Of a stretch of DNA of 64,000 nt, positions 50,321 to 63,257 are shown piece by piece. The stretch's first letter is position 1, and the number at the start of each line of letters is the position of its first letter. The notes beneath the pieces are model-generated. The model ran no database searches, had not been told where the DNA came from, and saw only the letters and a program-made list of their open reading frames with translations. The stretch comes from Camelus ferus (taxonomy: Eukaryota), in the NCBI RefSeq assembly GCF_009834535.1, contig NC_045696.1:9364001-9428000 (forward strand), written 5' to 3'. The position numbers were made by a program, and so were the translations under genes.

Positions 50321-52809
50321 ACCCAAACAAAGCAATTTGTGAACAATGCACAATAAATTCCCTGGGGACAAAGAAGGAGGAACACTGCTCTCCAACTGGC
50401 TACATTCAAAAAGCAAAAGAAGTAAAACAGGGCTTTCAAGAAATTCCAAGCAGAAAAATAAACAAAAGGAGATAAATTAGCATACCCTTGAGCTGGACTC
50501 CAAGCCCTGGCCTCAGCTTCCTGACTCCCTGGAGGAGGTCTGCATCAGGGTCACACCCTGCCCCAGGCTGTGGTGGCTTCAAGGCAGGGCACCCACGTGG
50601 GAGCCTCAGATGCCCAGACTGGTGAGACGCTAATCTCTGGGTCTAGGTTAAAACGAGTTGATAGCGCGCTGACCCATTATAGACCGTCAATCGATGTCAC
50701 TCCCGTCCCCCCACTCCCTGTACATCTGGAACACAAGATGAAGGCACATCTGAGCAGGTGAGCCGTCAGCCTGGGAGCCTGCACCTCCACCTCCCGCGTC
50801 ACGGGTCCCCATGGGAGTAGGATGTCTATACTCCAGGGATGAAGGAGGTAACTACAAGCACATACGGACACATTTTTCAGTATGAACATTCTTAATACCT
50901 GCCTCATACGTATATTTTGTAGTGTAACGTTCTGTAACTAATAAAATTATGCATAAAACAAATAGGTAAATGTGTGATTAACATAGTTAATGAATGTATT
51001 TACATAAATTAAAATATTGAGAGTCCAGGCTTAAAAATTTTTTTATGTGCTAATTGGGGGGCTCAGTCAAAAACTGTTGGCTTTGACTATCAACTATTTG
51101 TCTGGAATGGGGTGACTTGGGGACGGTTGGATTTGGGGCATTGCTCTATTTGTTCAGATGGTTTAAATTTTTTTTTAGACCAAAGGTTTCTAACCTCCTT
51201 AAATTGAACTTCTTCCCTTAGGACCTTGTTCAGCAAGTGTGGACCTGAAGCAGCTGGGCAGAAGATGCAGCTTTTTATCTATATCTGCCACGGTGTGTCT
51301 CCAGCAAGTCCTAGGGCCTCCCTCTGCTTTGCCTGGAGGCTCCGCCCTGCACTGCAGTTGGGGGGACCCCGCTTGCCCTCTCAGGTGGAAAGGAGTCTAG
51401 ATTAAAGGTGCCGCCTCCTGGGCAGAGCTGGGAAGGTGTGTCTGTTCACCAAGCCCTTCTCTTCTTTCCTTTCCCACATTCCCAGAAAGGCGGTGGGTAC
51501 TGCCCACCAGGGCCGGCTGGCATCTCAACGCAGGAAAAAGAACAATATATAGTTACTAGGGGAGGGAGTGAAGGTGGGAGTGAGCCATTTCTCTGAATAC
51601 TTTTTATTCTTTGACTATTGATTCCTATACATTAGATTTATTATATTTTAAATGTTCAATATTAAAATTTATTTTACCAATTCAAAAATAATATGTAATT
51701 TGTTTAAGATGTTAGAAATTCAGGTTTCTATCCCGTCTGAACTTTATTTGTAAATGCTGGAGTTTTCTGATGCCCTTTCTTCTTAATACATCGGTGGTGG
51801 CATCTTTATTCAAATGCCATGCTGGCTGCTATCCCCTTCCTGTGAAATTTACACAGCTGATGTGCATCCTATTTCTTTAAAAGGGCTCGACCTTCTCTTC
51901 AATCTTTCCTGAAGCCAACAGTGGTCTGGTTTCAGTGCCTCTTGTTTTGTTCCAGAACTGACCTGTGAAATGCATTTATTCTACAGGGAAGCTTTTGAAT
52001 GAAGTGGTCACCTGACCCCTCCCCTGTATCCATAAGCTCTGAGAGGTCAAGGTTCTTGTTTTCTTCCACTGCTGCCCCGTCCCTTTACAGAGGCTGCTGG
52101 CTCATTAGGAAGGCAGATCAGGTATCTGAGGTATGTAAGCCCTCCTTTCAGGGCATGTTCACCTGTAAAGGGGTTTTTGGCAGGTGATCAACTGCCAGAG
52201 GAATTTGAAGCCTTGACTTGCTACCAAAAGCCCCAGATCATGGGACCCGAACTCCCCCAAATGGGGGGTCAACCCAAGGAATTTATGACTCACTTACCTG
52301 TATCAGACAGGCTGGCATCCGTCCACCACGCCCAGGTAAATGGAATCGAAGCCCTTCCCGCGTTTCCAGGGGCTGCCTGTGGCCCGCTTTCTTTGGAGGT
52401 GATATGAGGCAAAGAGGATCCAGAGTCCTGGCTGGACCAGTGGGAGTGATGAAAGAGGGGACTGGATGCAGAAGGAAATTCAATGTCCAAGCAAGATGGA
52501 GTTTCCCTGTCCTGTGGGCCCTGAGGGACGTGTGATGCCATCTGGGGACACGGTAGCACCGGCATCCTTACTCCTGTGGACAGCACAAACTTTCTTCATG
52601 TAAATAATTTCAAAGTGTGATAGTTTTAATGATGCTGAAACAGCCAGCCAGTAATACTGGAAATACGGCATGAGGGCACCTTTGTCAGTGCCTAATTGGC
52701 TTGTTGTCATGCCTGATAAAGACTCTGTTTCACAGACACATTGAATAAAACCTGTAATGGGAACTAAAAGCTTAGTCTGTCAATGTAATTTTTTTCTTAA
52801 GTGGACGTA

Positions 52810-53600
52810 AGATAATAGAAAAAAATATATATATACACATACACATACTGGTCTCTGCCTCTGGTCCCTGGCTCAGAGCTCCTGAAACCTTGTAATTTCT
52901 GGGGTGACAGGAGTGTCTTTTGTTCTGATGAGGCAGCTCTGGGTGGGCCCCTGGATGGAGGCTGGTCACCACACAGAACAAGCCATGGTTAGAAGCTCGG
53001 GATTTTCAGCCCCCCCGCCCCATTCTCTTCAGAAGGGAGAAAAGCTGAAAACAGAGTTAATGGTTAATCATGCCCACAGGATGAAGCCTCCATAAAATCC
53101 TCGAAGTACGGGGCTCAGAGAGCTTCGGGGTCGGCGAGCGCGTGGAGGAGCCGGGAGAGGACACGGAGTCTCTGCGCCCCTTCCTAACTTCCTTGCCTGA
53201 CGCATCTCTTCCATCTGGATGCTCATCTGTGTCCTTTATAATAAGCCAGTGCATAAGTCAACTGGTCTGAGTTCTGTGAGCTGCTCTAACAAGCTAATTG
53301 AACCTGAGAAAGGGGTCATGGGAACCTCTGATTCACAGCCTGTAGGTCAGAAGCACAGGTGACAGCCCAGACTGGCTGTCAGCATCTGAAGCTGCGGGGG
53401 CGGGCGGCGGGGAGGGCAGTCTTGTGGGACCGAACCCTTAACTTGTGGGATCCGACACTCTCCCATAGATAGTGTCAGGACTGAGTAAAATCGTAGGACC
53501 CTCAGACGGTGTCGTGGAAGTGCTTGGTGTGGGTCTGGTCACCCATAAATTTGGTGACGGGAAACGTCAGAAGTGAAATGTTCTGTGTGAAAGTCAGGGA
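52810..53600 (+). mobile_element. MER21-like LTR
   Basis: ggtctctgcctctggtccctggctcagagctcct...gatgaagcctccataaaa...gagttctgtgagctgctcta...ggtcagaagcacaggtgaca...gatagtgtcag. Confidence 0.8.
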
Positions 53601-53759
53601 GACACAGGGTGGGTGGGTGTAGGGGGAAGAGGGAAGACGAGCTGTTTTGTTTTTCTACCTCGGCGGGGGGTGGAGGGGACACTTTTACAATAAGTTACAC
53701 ATAGAGCTCCTGGCCTAACAGCGTAAGAAAGATAAACACAAAAACGTGGGATTCAGATG

Positions 53760-54100
53760 GTCTAATTCTGCAGAGGAGGATTTGACACCATCAAACAAAT
53801 TTATATGTGCATTTGCCCTTTCATCTGGCAATCTCACTTCTTTCTTTCCCAAAGACACACTGACAAAATGCAAAGGAGATGTATGTACAAGGCCGTTCCC
53901 AGAAGCATCATTTTTAAGAGCAAAAGGCTGGAAACAACCCAAATGCCCATGAATAGGGAACTGGTTGAATAAGTTAGAAACTGGTTGAATAAACTGGGGC
54001 ACAGGCATACAACGTAGAAGTGAATGAGGACTCCTACACTGCTGTGGAATGGCTTCCAGGAGATCATATTAAACGAAAAAAACAAGCTAAGGAAAACAGT
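53760..54100 (+). mobile_element. Old L1 (L1ME-like) fragment
   Basis: gatgtatgtacaagg...gcaaaaggctggaaacaacccaaatgcccatgaataggg. Confidence 0.7.
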
Positions 54101-55542
54101 AAGACACACCGAGTTAGATAACCCCTGTTCCTCACACTGCGGGGTCACCTGTACCTACGGCTCCTCTCCGCCTGCAGAGTAAAACCCAAAGCCCTCAGCC
54201 TCGGGCTTCCTGTGTCCACCCCACCTGCCTTTCCAGGCCTTCATCTTCCATTGCTGCTGTTTTTCTGAAACTCCTCCACTCACGATGGCCTTCAGCCCTC
54301 ACGCTGCAGATCCCGGCCCAGAATGAGTCTGAGGAGCCCACGCTGTCTGAAGTACAGTAGGGATAGCATTGCACCTTTTTGTTTCCAAAGGCAGCCAACC
54401 ATGTCCTTCTCCCACATCACAGGTGATGGGCAGCCCCGGCCCCCGCCCCCAGGCAGGCCCCATCCCATGGGCTCCCTCCCAGCTGAGGACCAGCCTCGGG
54501 CGCAGCGGGTTTGAGGAGCCCTCTGAGTTGCCGAGGAAGCTGCGCTCATGGGCAAGGCGAGCAGGCTGGGGAAGAGGACGCTGAGGGGGTGAAGGCAGGC
54601 AAAGACCCAAGGCCAGTGGCTCTAGCGACAACCTGGGACTCCCAGGACTTGCAGCTGAGACAGATCGTTGATTCTGTGGCTTTAATACCAAGCTCAGCTC
54701 TTTGGATTCAACTCTGGTTCAGATCAAGGCTTGGAAACCCTTGGATATTGTGAGGAATCAGGACCAAATGCAGTCTGTGCACCAAGAGCATTATCACCAT
54801 GAGGGCGACACTGTGCCCAAGCAGACAGGTGGCTGATGCCTTTGGGTTCACATCAGCGAGCTTTGTCCATGGTGAGCGGGATCACATCTGCTCTCCAGCC
54901 CTCGGAGTACCGTTTTATATCTAATAACCATCTCAGCCATGGACTTTCCCAGCAGCATCCTGGCACACTCTGGGCTAGCATCCAAGGCACCGTTCTTCTG
55001 CCATCCAGGTGCTTGGCGGGAGGTGGGGGGGCAACTAGGGATCAGCAGGTTGCTTGGTGAACACGGACCAGCGCACAGAGAGGCATTTATCACGGGACGA
55101 CAGCGCTGACTGCACAGCCCGGGGTGCCGAGACGCTTGTCCCTGCCGCTTCCTGACAGCTTCCCCTTTTTTCCCCCTAGATTCCATACAGGTCATGGTCT
55201 TCTTTTTTCAGCTGTTTTAAATATTACAGAGTAAACCACTGCTTTCTCTTAAATTCCGAAGCCCCAAAGCTACACAGATCTCAAGAGGGAAGTGATCCTG
55301 TCCTGCAGAGGGCTTACAAACAGCCCCTCTCCTCTGTCACAGGGTGAGTGCACGCCAGCCCCCAAGAGCGCATTGTCCTCCAGCATCTGGATCACCTGTT
55401 GTGACCTTGTACAGAGTTAAGGAATAAATGCCCTGGATGGGAGAGAATCTGACAAAGGGAGGATTGGCAGGTCGGAGCAATGGATTGGAGGAGAAGGCTG
55501 AGAAAGAAGGTGGAATCAAAAGTGATGGAGAATTTGAGTCCC

Positions 55543-55770
55543 TGTGATGGTTAATCTTATATGTGGGTTGACTCGCCATAGGGCGCCCAGATTAATGTTA
55601 TTTCTGGATATGTCTGTGAGTGATTTTCAAGTAAGATTAGCATTTGAATCCGTGGACTCAGTAGAGCAGATGGCCCTTCCCAATGTGGCTGGACATCACC
55701 CAATCCACTGAGGGCCTGAATAGAAGGGAAGGCAGAGGAAGAGGGGATCCTACCTGATTGCTTCATCTGG
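55543..55770 (+). mobile_element. MLT2 (ERVL) LTR 5' part
   Basis: tgtgatggttaatcttat...attagcatttgaatccgtggactcagtagagcagatggccct...caatccactgagggcctgaataga. Confidence 0.85.
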
Positions 55771-55779
55771 AAATATTGT

Positions 55780-56047
55780 AGGATTCCACTTATATGAGGT
55801 ACCTTGAATAGTCAAATTAACAGGACAGAAAGGAGAATAGAGGTTATCAGGAGCTGGGGGAAGAACCAGAGAGAGATATACATTTAATGGATATAGAGTG
55901 TATGTTGGGGATGTTGAAAGTTTTAGGTCCAGATCATGGTGATGGTTACACAACATTGTCACACTTAATGTCAATGGAGGGTATACTTACCCATGGTTAA
56001 AATTATAAATATTATGTTATGTGTATTTGACTGCAGTTAAAAAAAAT
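55780..56047 (+). mobile_element. L1 3' end fragment (L1MB-like)
   Basis: gattccacttatatgaggtacct...gtgatggttacacaacattgt...atggttaaaat. Confidence 0.8.
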
Positions 56048-57964
56048 AGAAATGTATTCTCTCAGAATTCTGGAGGCTAGAACTCCAAAATGAAGGTATT
56101 GAGGGGAAAAAAGAAAGAAAGAAAAGTAGATTAGAGTTTTTATTTTTAAGTGAAGTTTATTTAATCTACTGCTATAAACCAAACATCTTCAATCCCATTG
56201 GAATAAGGTGGGGTATAAATACAAGCGTACGTACTTCCTTTAAGATCTGTGATGGCGTAGGATGTGCTAGTGCTCTCTTTCAAGCTGTGGACGGGTGTGT
56301 GTAGGAACGGGTGTGCTTCCTGTCCAGACAGCTGACCCAGCAGAGGCCCTGGAGGAAACAGTCTGTCATGACTGCCCAGGCTTACTCCACCATTCCTCAG
56401 GTCTCTTGGAAAACATCTTGAGACAGGTATGAAAAGATCCGTAATTATATTATTCTGATGAACGCCTAAGACCAGTGACTTCCAGACTTGAGTGTGAATC
56501 AGGATCATCTGAGACGCCTATAAATGCGCATCCCCAGCGATTCCAACTCAGTAAGTCTGGGTTAAGCCCAGGAATCAGAATGTTTAGCATGGATCCCTAG
56601 TAAATCAGGTGTATTCGGTCACTGCATCTAATTCAATAAGTCCTGCCTTAGGTACCAGTTTTCTGATGGGGAGAAAGTGAGCTTTGTCAAAAGCTATAAC
56701 TTCATTTTTTTTTTCAAACTTGCACCATAGCATGTTTCATCAACATTAACACTATGGAAATCTCACGGTGGCCCCAACAACTCAATAGAGTGTTACCTTC
56801 ACCAGTCATTGATATACTCTAACTGGAGGCATCTTCCCTCTCACACCTAGGGTTATTTGAGTTCTGCTGCAAACACAACTGAGGTGTCTGGTCTGGGGCC
56901 ATCAGAAGGTGACAAAACTCCTGGGCTTTCCCATCAGAGGAACAGTCAAGTCCACCTGCCCTCGGGTGTTCTGACCTGTTACCTCAGCTCCTGGTTGGTG
57001 TGGGTGGGTTTGAATATTTTCCTTCGGAATTCTCTCTCTGCGTCCTTGAGCCCGCAGGTAGAGCCCTGCGAATTCCTCCAGGGTCTGGGGAGGGCGTGGT
57101 GCTCTTCAGCCCACGATTGCAGGCTTCTGGGAATTTCCAAGCTGTGTGTCTCTGAAAGAGGGCTGCGAGCCCCCAACTCCACTATGGTCACTCCACCACC
57201 ACCTGCCAGCTCCTGGGGAAACTGGGAAAGACAAAAACAACTTTGCATCAATATTCCATACGAAACCCAGAGCAGATGTCACCAGGCCTCTCATCAAAAC
57301 CCAAGTCGGCCTAGTCCAGAAGGATGCTTTGTCCCGGTGCCCATGACACTGCCTGGCCTCACATTACAATCCTACTAAGTCAGCTTGCTAACCTGCACGC
57401 CCGTGGTCACTCATCCACTTAAGGTTTCTCGACCCCACTCTCTTGCCTTCCCTCCATGACTCATCCTCCTACTCTCACCACCGGTCCACTGTGTCTTCAG
57501 GAACCAAACCACTTTGTAAACATGCTCCCTGTCACCATCCTGCCTCTCTGCGGCATACCTGGGTTCAGACACCAGGGGGAGCCCTTACAACCTCCACGGC
57601 CCAGGGTGGCTGTTCATCATCCCATGTCCAACTGTGGGTGTGAGAGTTCCTGCCTGTTTCAGGCAGGATCCCCTTACAGATGTAGGACCCAGTCTCGTTA
57701 TTTAAAGCAGAAATAGATGTAATATCAGATTTATGTGCTTACAAAACCTTCAGAAGCGCTAGAGAAGCAGGTGGTAGACGGGGCCCCGAAGAACAACTCA
57801 GAGAATTAACCCACCAGGAGAGCTGCCTCTTTCAAGTCCAGCAGCAGGCTCTGGAATCGGGAAGTTGCACAGCCCTGGAACCTCTGCCTCCAGTGACAGA
57901 ACACCTGGAGTGGCCCTTCCACACCTATGAGTTATGAATAAGCAGCACAATAGTTAAATGGGGA

Positions 57965-58030
57965 AGGGGGAGGGTCGAGCTCAGTGGTAGAGCACATGCT
58001 TAGCATGCACGATGTCCTGGGTTCACTCCT
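57965..58030 (+). mobile_element. 3'-truncated vic-1-like SINE
   Basis: agctcagtggtagagcacatgcttagcatgcacgatgtcctgggttca. Confidence 0.8.
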
Positions 58031-58042
58031 GAGGGATGGGGC

Positions 58043-58833
58043 TGTGGTAGATGGAATACTGGTCCCCCAAAGATGCTCATACCCACTTCCAGGAACTAAG
58101 GTTGCAGAGGAAATGAAAGTTGCTGATCAGCTGACTTTTAAATAAGGAGACTATATTGTGTTATCCAGAGAGGGCCGAGGTAGTAACAGGTGTGCCAAGA
58201 CGGTCAAAGAGGGAAGCAGCAGTGTCACTTGGAAAGAGAAAGACAAAATGATGGAGGCAAAAGTCAGAGCAGAAAAAAAAAGTCAGAGCGATGCAATTTC
58301 TGGCTTTGAAGATGGAAAAGGGCCACAAGCCAAGAGCTGCAGGCAGCCCCTCGAAGCTGGAAAAGACAAGAACACAGATTCTTACTGGGGGGAAGGGGGC
58401 GGGAAGGAGCTTGAGAGTTGCGATTATTCACTACTATATATAAAATAGATAAAAAACAAATTTCTTCTGTAGAGCACAGGGAACTATATCAATATCTTGT
58501 AGTAACCCATAATGAAAAAGAATATGAAAAGGAATGTATGTATGCATATGCATGACTGAGACACTGTGCTGTGCGCCAGAAATCGACACATTGTAACTGA
58601 CTGTACTTCAATTAAACAGAAAGAAGAAGAAGATGAACACAGATTCTGCCTCCAAAAAGGGATGCAACCTGGCTAACACGTGGATTTCAGTGAGACCCAG
58701 TAAGACCTGTTTTGGACTTGGACCCTAGAACTATCAGATAATATATCTTAAATTTTCAAAATACTGTTTTAGGTCCTGATTAAGTGCTGTTTTCAGGCAC
58801 TGTGATTTGTTACAGCAACCATAGGAAGAGATG
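58043..58833 (+). mobile_element. MaLR solo LTR (MLT1D/E-like) interrupted by L1
   Basis: Starts tgtggtagatggaatactggtcccccaaagatg and ends gatttgttacagcaaccataggaa. Confidence 0.82.
58383..58634 (+). mobile_element. Young L1 3' end inserted in the MLT1 LTR
   Basis: Perfect TSD gaacacagattct at 58370-58382 and 58635-58647. Confidence 0.92.
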
Positions 58834-59446
58834 CAGGGGCATAGGCAGAAAAGTCATTGTAAATCTTCACAACATGATAAATAAACAAGCTACTACAGAA
58901 CATGGTGATAAGCGTTACGGAGATAAACAAAGCAGCAGAATGAGACACGCTGGTGGGCCTGGCCTGCTTTTAGTTAGAAATCCTCTTTTGTGTTTGCTTA
59001 CAGATCCAGGGACCATGAAAATTCCTCCATGTGGGAGCCCCAGAAGTGGTAGGACCACTGTCAACTTGTTCCAAGGCAGAGTACCTGCTTGTACTCTGGG
59101 GCGGAGAATGTGCTGTTCAAACTTGTCACCTGCAGTGGAGGAGTGGCTTTGGGTGGAATCTCAGCCTCCGTTCCCTGAATGCATCCAGCATTTGTGAGCA
59201 GAATGGCATCACCCACCATTACTGTTCTGTAAGAATCCATCCTGCTATCAACAGTGTATCGGGGAAGCTATAGACAAGCCGACTTCCAACAGCTGGCCCT
59301 TTATTGGGGCAGAAATAGCCGAGCAGAGATTCCCCCTAACTCAAAGGAACCCAAGGTCATAGACACACCAGACCAAACGCAGCTCTGGTTCCCAGGGAAG
59401 GGATGCAACTGCCGGTGAGTTATTCTATATGGTACCTCAGGCAGGC

Positions 59447-59896
59447 TGTTGTGGGTGGTAAGTTGACCCCCTCCCCAAAAGAATGTTGAAGTCCTAACTC
59501 TCAGCACCTGTGAGCGTGACCTTATTTAGAAACAGGGTCTTTGCAGATGTAATCAAGTTAAGATAAGGTCATACGAGATTCGGGAGCCTTCATTCAATGA
59601 CTGGTGTCCTTACAGGAGAGAGAGATTTAGAGACAGAGACACACAGAGGAGAAGACCACGTGAAGATTGAGGCAGAGATTGGAGTGATGCAGCCACAAGC
59701 CAAGGAGCACCTGGAGGCACTGGAAGCCACAAGAGGCAAGGAAGATGCTCTCCTCGAGCTCCAGACGGGGCGTGGCCCTGCTGACCCCTGGATCTCAGAC
59801 TTCTGGCCCCCAGAACTGTGAGAAAGTCCATTCCTGCTGTTGTAAGCCTCCCAGGGTGTGGGACTTCATTTCAGCATCTGTGGGAACTGACATACA
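59447..59896 (+). mobile_element. MaLR solo LTR (MLT1B/C-like)
   Basis: tgttgaagtcctaactctcagcacctgtgagcgtgaccttatttagaaacagggtctttgcagatgtaatcaagttaag...ggaactgacataca. Confidence 0.9.
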
Positions 59897-60773
59897 GGAT
59901 AATCAGGGAAGGAGCAACAGAGGCTGAAACTCTGCCTGGAGTCCCTTCATAATAGGAATTTTCCTCCGTGGGAAGTAAAGTGGCCTAGAATTGGCCACCC
60001 ATTCGCCAGCTCACATGTTTCACCAGGGGCTGCTAATTCTGCTGTCATCGCAGACCTAAAGCAAAGTCAGGGAGTGGCTAACTCTTATTTTCACTCCCCA
60101 CCCAGCTTCTTGCCCTGTAGGTCTCCCCTGCACCTGGTAATTGGCATCCTTCTAAGCATTCTCAGGGCCAGGAGCCCTGGGCTCCCCCTCCACCTCCAGA
60201 GCCTCCCATCAAAGAATCCATTCCTGCTTCCGTTTCCTAGTCAATGGGATACATCTCTTTGCACCCAGGAAGAGGGGCTAGAAGGCTGCCTGTTTCCAGA
60301 TGCCATGGGAAGTCTCCGGGTATAACATTTCCCACAAGCGCCCATGGGAGTGCCTGGCCCAGGACAGGTGCTCACTGGAGACCCGCGGAGTGAGGGGCGG
60401 CCCTGCCATTTGGGTGCTCGCATCCTGCGGGATTCACCGTCAGGCAGGGCGTCCGAGCTGTCCTACGTGGCAGAGATTTTTTTTTAGCAAACAGATCCTG
60501 CAGTGCCTTTTCAATCACTCTTATCTGTGTCAGAACCTTCTGGGTTCTCCAGATCTGATCCTCCTGCCTAGGTCGGTCTGTTTGATAGAAAAGGTACCTG
60601 ACCACGTGGGCAGCCCAGCCCTCCTTCTCCTTCTCATTTACTTTCCCCTTCCCCCCATGTCTTCTCTTTCCCAACTTTTATAAAGGGATGTGGGCCCTTC
60701 CCAGGTGTTAGTGAGAACATCACAGAATGTGACCCGTGCAAAGCATTAAGCCACGCTTTGGACCGTCTGTCTT

Positions 60774-60792
60774 TGACCACTAGGTGGCAGTG
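60774..60792 (+). promoter_or_regulatory. CTCF motif (TGACCACTAGGTGGCAGTG)
   Basis: Essentially perfect match to the CTCF consensus including flanks. Confidence 0.7.
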
Positions 60793-61330
60793 TTTCCACA
60801 GCTTGCTGTCCCTTACCCTGCAACTTGCTAGGAGCCTCCCCAACAGAGGCACCAATTTGTTCTAAGAATGTTTAAGAAGGGAGAGCTACTCTAAAGCTAA
60901 ATCATTCTTTTAACACATGTTCTCCAACATTATTCTGGAGAGGTACAATTTGCCACTAGTGTGTTCCAGCAAGTTTCCTTGGCTTTCTTGCTTTAAATCA
61001 GGTATATTGTGGCCATATTATTAGGCAATTTTTAAAAGAATTAGTAGACTGTTTTTTTAGGTCAGTTCTAGGTTTCCAGAGAAGTTGAGCAGAAAGTTCT
61101 GAGAGTCCCCTTTTATCACGTCATAACCCCCACACAGCACACTTTTCCCCTATTGTTACCCTCCTGTGTTGGTGAGGTCCATTTGTTACTAACGATGAGT
61201 CAATATGATACATTATTATTAACTAAATTTCACACTTAGCATTGGGATTTACTCTGTATGGTACATTCTATGAGTTGTGAAAAATGTTTAATAACATGTA
61301 TGCACCATTACAGCATCATACAGAATAATT

Positions 61331-61481
61331 GGTTGGTTGGTTGGTTTTTGGTGGAGGAAGTAATTAGGTTTATTTTGTTTATTTGTTTTTTTTTTTTTTT
61401 TAACAAAGGTACTGAGGACTGAACCCAAGACCTCGTACACGCTAAGGTATGCACTCTACCACTGAGCTATACCGTTCCGCC
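61331..61481 (-). mobile_element. vic-1-like SINE nested in L1
   Basis: Perfect TSD cagaataatt at 61321-61330 and 61482-61491. Confidence 0.88.
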
Positions 61482-61680
61482 CAGAATAATTTAATTGCCC
61501 TGAACATCCCCTGTACTCTGCCTGTTCATCTCCAGCCCCTCCCCCACTAACCCCTGGCAACCACTGATCCTTTTACTGTCTCCATAGTTTTGCCTTTTCT
61601 GGTATGTTGTATAGTTGGAGTGATACAATATGTAGTCTTTTCAGATTGATTTCCTTCACTTAGCAATATGCGTTTAAGTT

Positions 61681-61682
<2 letters not shown>

Positions 61683-61726
<44 letters not shown>
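61683..61726. repeat. (GT)22 microsatellite
   Basis: Perfect dinucleotide run. Confidence 0.98.
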
Positions 61727-61728
<2 letters not shown>

Positions 61729-62457
61729 CTAGATAGTTCATTTCTTCTTACTACTGAATAATATTCCATTGTTTGGATGTTTCTTTATTCACTCAACTAT
61801 TGAAGAGCATTTTGGTGACTTCCAAGTTTTGGAAATTATGAATAACACTGCTATCAGCACTTGTGTGCAGGTTTTTATGTGAACGTAAGTTTCCTGGCAT
61901 TATGCAGGGGCCAAGGATACCCACCCCCACACTGTTCCTGTCCTCAGGGGGCTGTCAGTGTAGTGGAGAGGAAAGACAGTTAAGTGCTATAATGCAGTAT
62001 GACCCTTGTATTTGATAAAAGTGATAAATAGGGCATCACAGTAGGGGTTGCAAGGACAGGGGAGCACAGACCTTGACGGGGAGGGGTGAGGGAGGGGAAT
62101 TTGATGATCCTTACTTGGACTCCTTCCCCTTGGAAGTTTTTGATGATTAATTCAACCATGAATGGAAAAGGAGGAGCTGAGCCAAGTCCTCAGCTCTGCT
62201 CCTGGGAACTTCCTGGAAGACACTGGAGGGCACCCATCTTGTCATCTAAGAAGAGAGGGGACCGGAGTGGGGGACTTGGAGCAGGACTCAGTTACGAAGC
62301 AGCTTGGGTGAGCCACACAAGAAATGCTGGGGTCCTGAACGAAGAGCCTGGAGGTGGAAGAGAGGTAAGTGGGTAAACTTAGCCGGGGTGGCAGGACGAT
62401 TCAGCAGGAAGATTGGCTTGGGGACTGGGGTGGGGATGGGTCAGGTCGGGGAGCAGT

Positions 62458-62612
62458 GGGGAGGGTGCAGCTCAGCAGGAGAGCACATGCTTAGCATGCG
62501 CAAGGTACTCCATTAAAATAAATAAATAAATAAACCAACCTAATTAACCCTCCTCCCTAAAAACAAAGAAAGCAACAACAGGAAAGTAATAAATTTAAAA
62601 AATAAAAAAAAT
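62458..62612 (+). mobile_element. vic-1-like SINE with internal deletion of the B box
   Basis: gcagctcagcaggagagcacatgcttagcatgcgcaaggt joined directly to actccattaaaataaataaa...cctaatta. Flanking repeat gggagcagt. Confidence 0.8.
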
Positions 62613-62861
62613 TGAAGGAGGTAGAGGGAGCAGTCTATGGGATTCCTGGCTTCCTCCCTGGTGACCAGGCAGATTGAACAGGACAGAGTGGGGTGAGCAG
62701 ATTGGGTGAGAAAAGTGAAAACTCGCATTCTGGCCCTTTGAATGTGAAATGTTCTTTGGAGACTAGCCTATGTTTCTGACCCCACTGATAGGCTGGGAAG
62801 GTGGAGAGGGCAGAACTCACATAAAGCCCAGGAAGCCCCACAGCCGGAAGCTCAGCCCTGG

Positions 62862-62864
<3 letters not shown>

Positions 62865-62901
<37 letters not shown>
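62865..62901. repeat. (AG)n microsatellite
   Basis: Perfect dinucleotide run. Confidence 0.97.
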
Positions 62902-62905
<4 letters not shown>

Positions 62906-63020
62906 CTAAGTGTAAGGAGCTGTCCTTGGTGGAGTCTTGCCCGTTCTGTGTAGTTGCCCTGCTGGTTCAAGGTCACTCACCGGAGTGAGTGAAAATGTTA
63001 GGATTTCTGTTTTATTGGTT

Positions 63021-63067
63021 GAGAGAGAGGAAAGAAAGAAAAAGAAAGAGAGAAAGAGAGAAAGAAA

Positions 63068-63130
<63 letters not shown>

Positions 63131-63257
63131 GGAGGGAGGGAGGGAGGGAGGAAGGAAGGAAGAAAGGAAGAGAGAGAGAAAGAGAGAGAGAAAGAGAGAA
63201 AGGAAGAAAGGAAGGAAGAGAGAAAGGAAGGAAGGAGGAGAGAAAGAAAAGAAAGAA
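63021..63257 (+). repeat. 237-bp uninterrupted polypurine compound microsatellite (GAAA/GA/GGGA/GGAA)
   Basis: No pyrimidine on the plus strand across the interval. Confidence 0.97.

Larger units (their letters stand above)
61030..61892 (-). mobile_element. L1 3' region (L1MB/MC-like) containing a nested SINE and (TG)22
   Basis: gttctaggtttccagagaagttgagcagaaagt...cccctggcaaccactgatc...aataatattccattgt. Confidence 0.85.

Noticed and set aside
53959..53992. Short direct repeat aactggttgaataa x2
   Set aside because: An ordinary 20-bp slippage duplication within an old L1.
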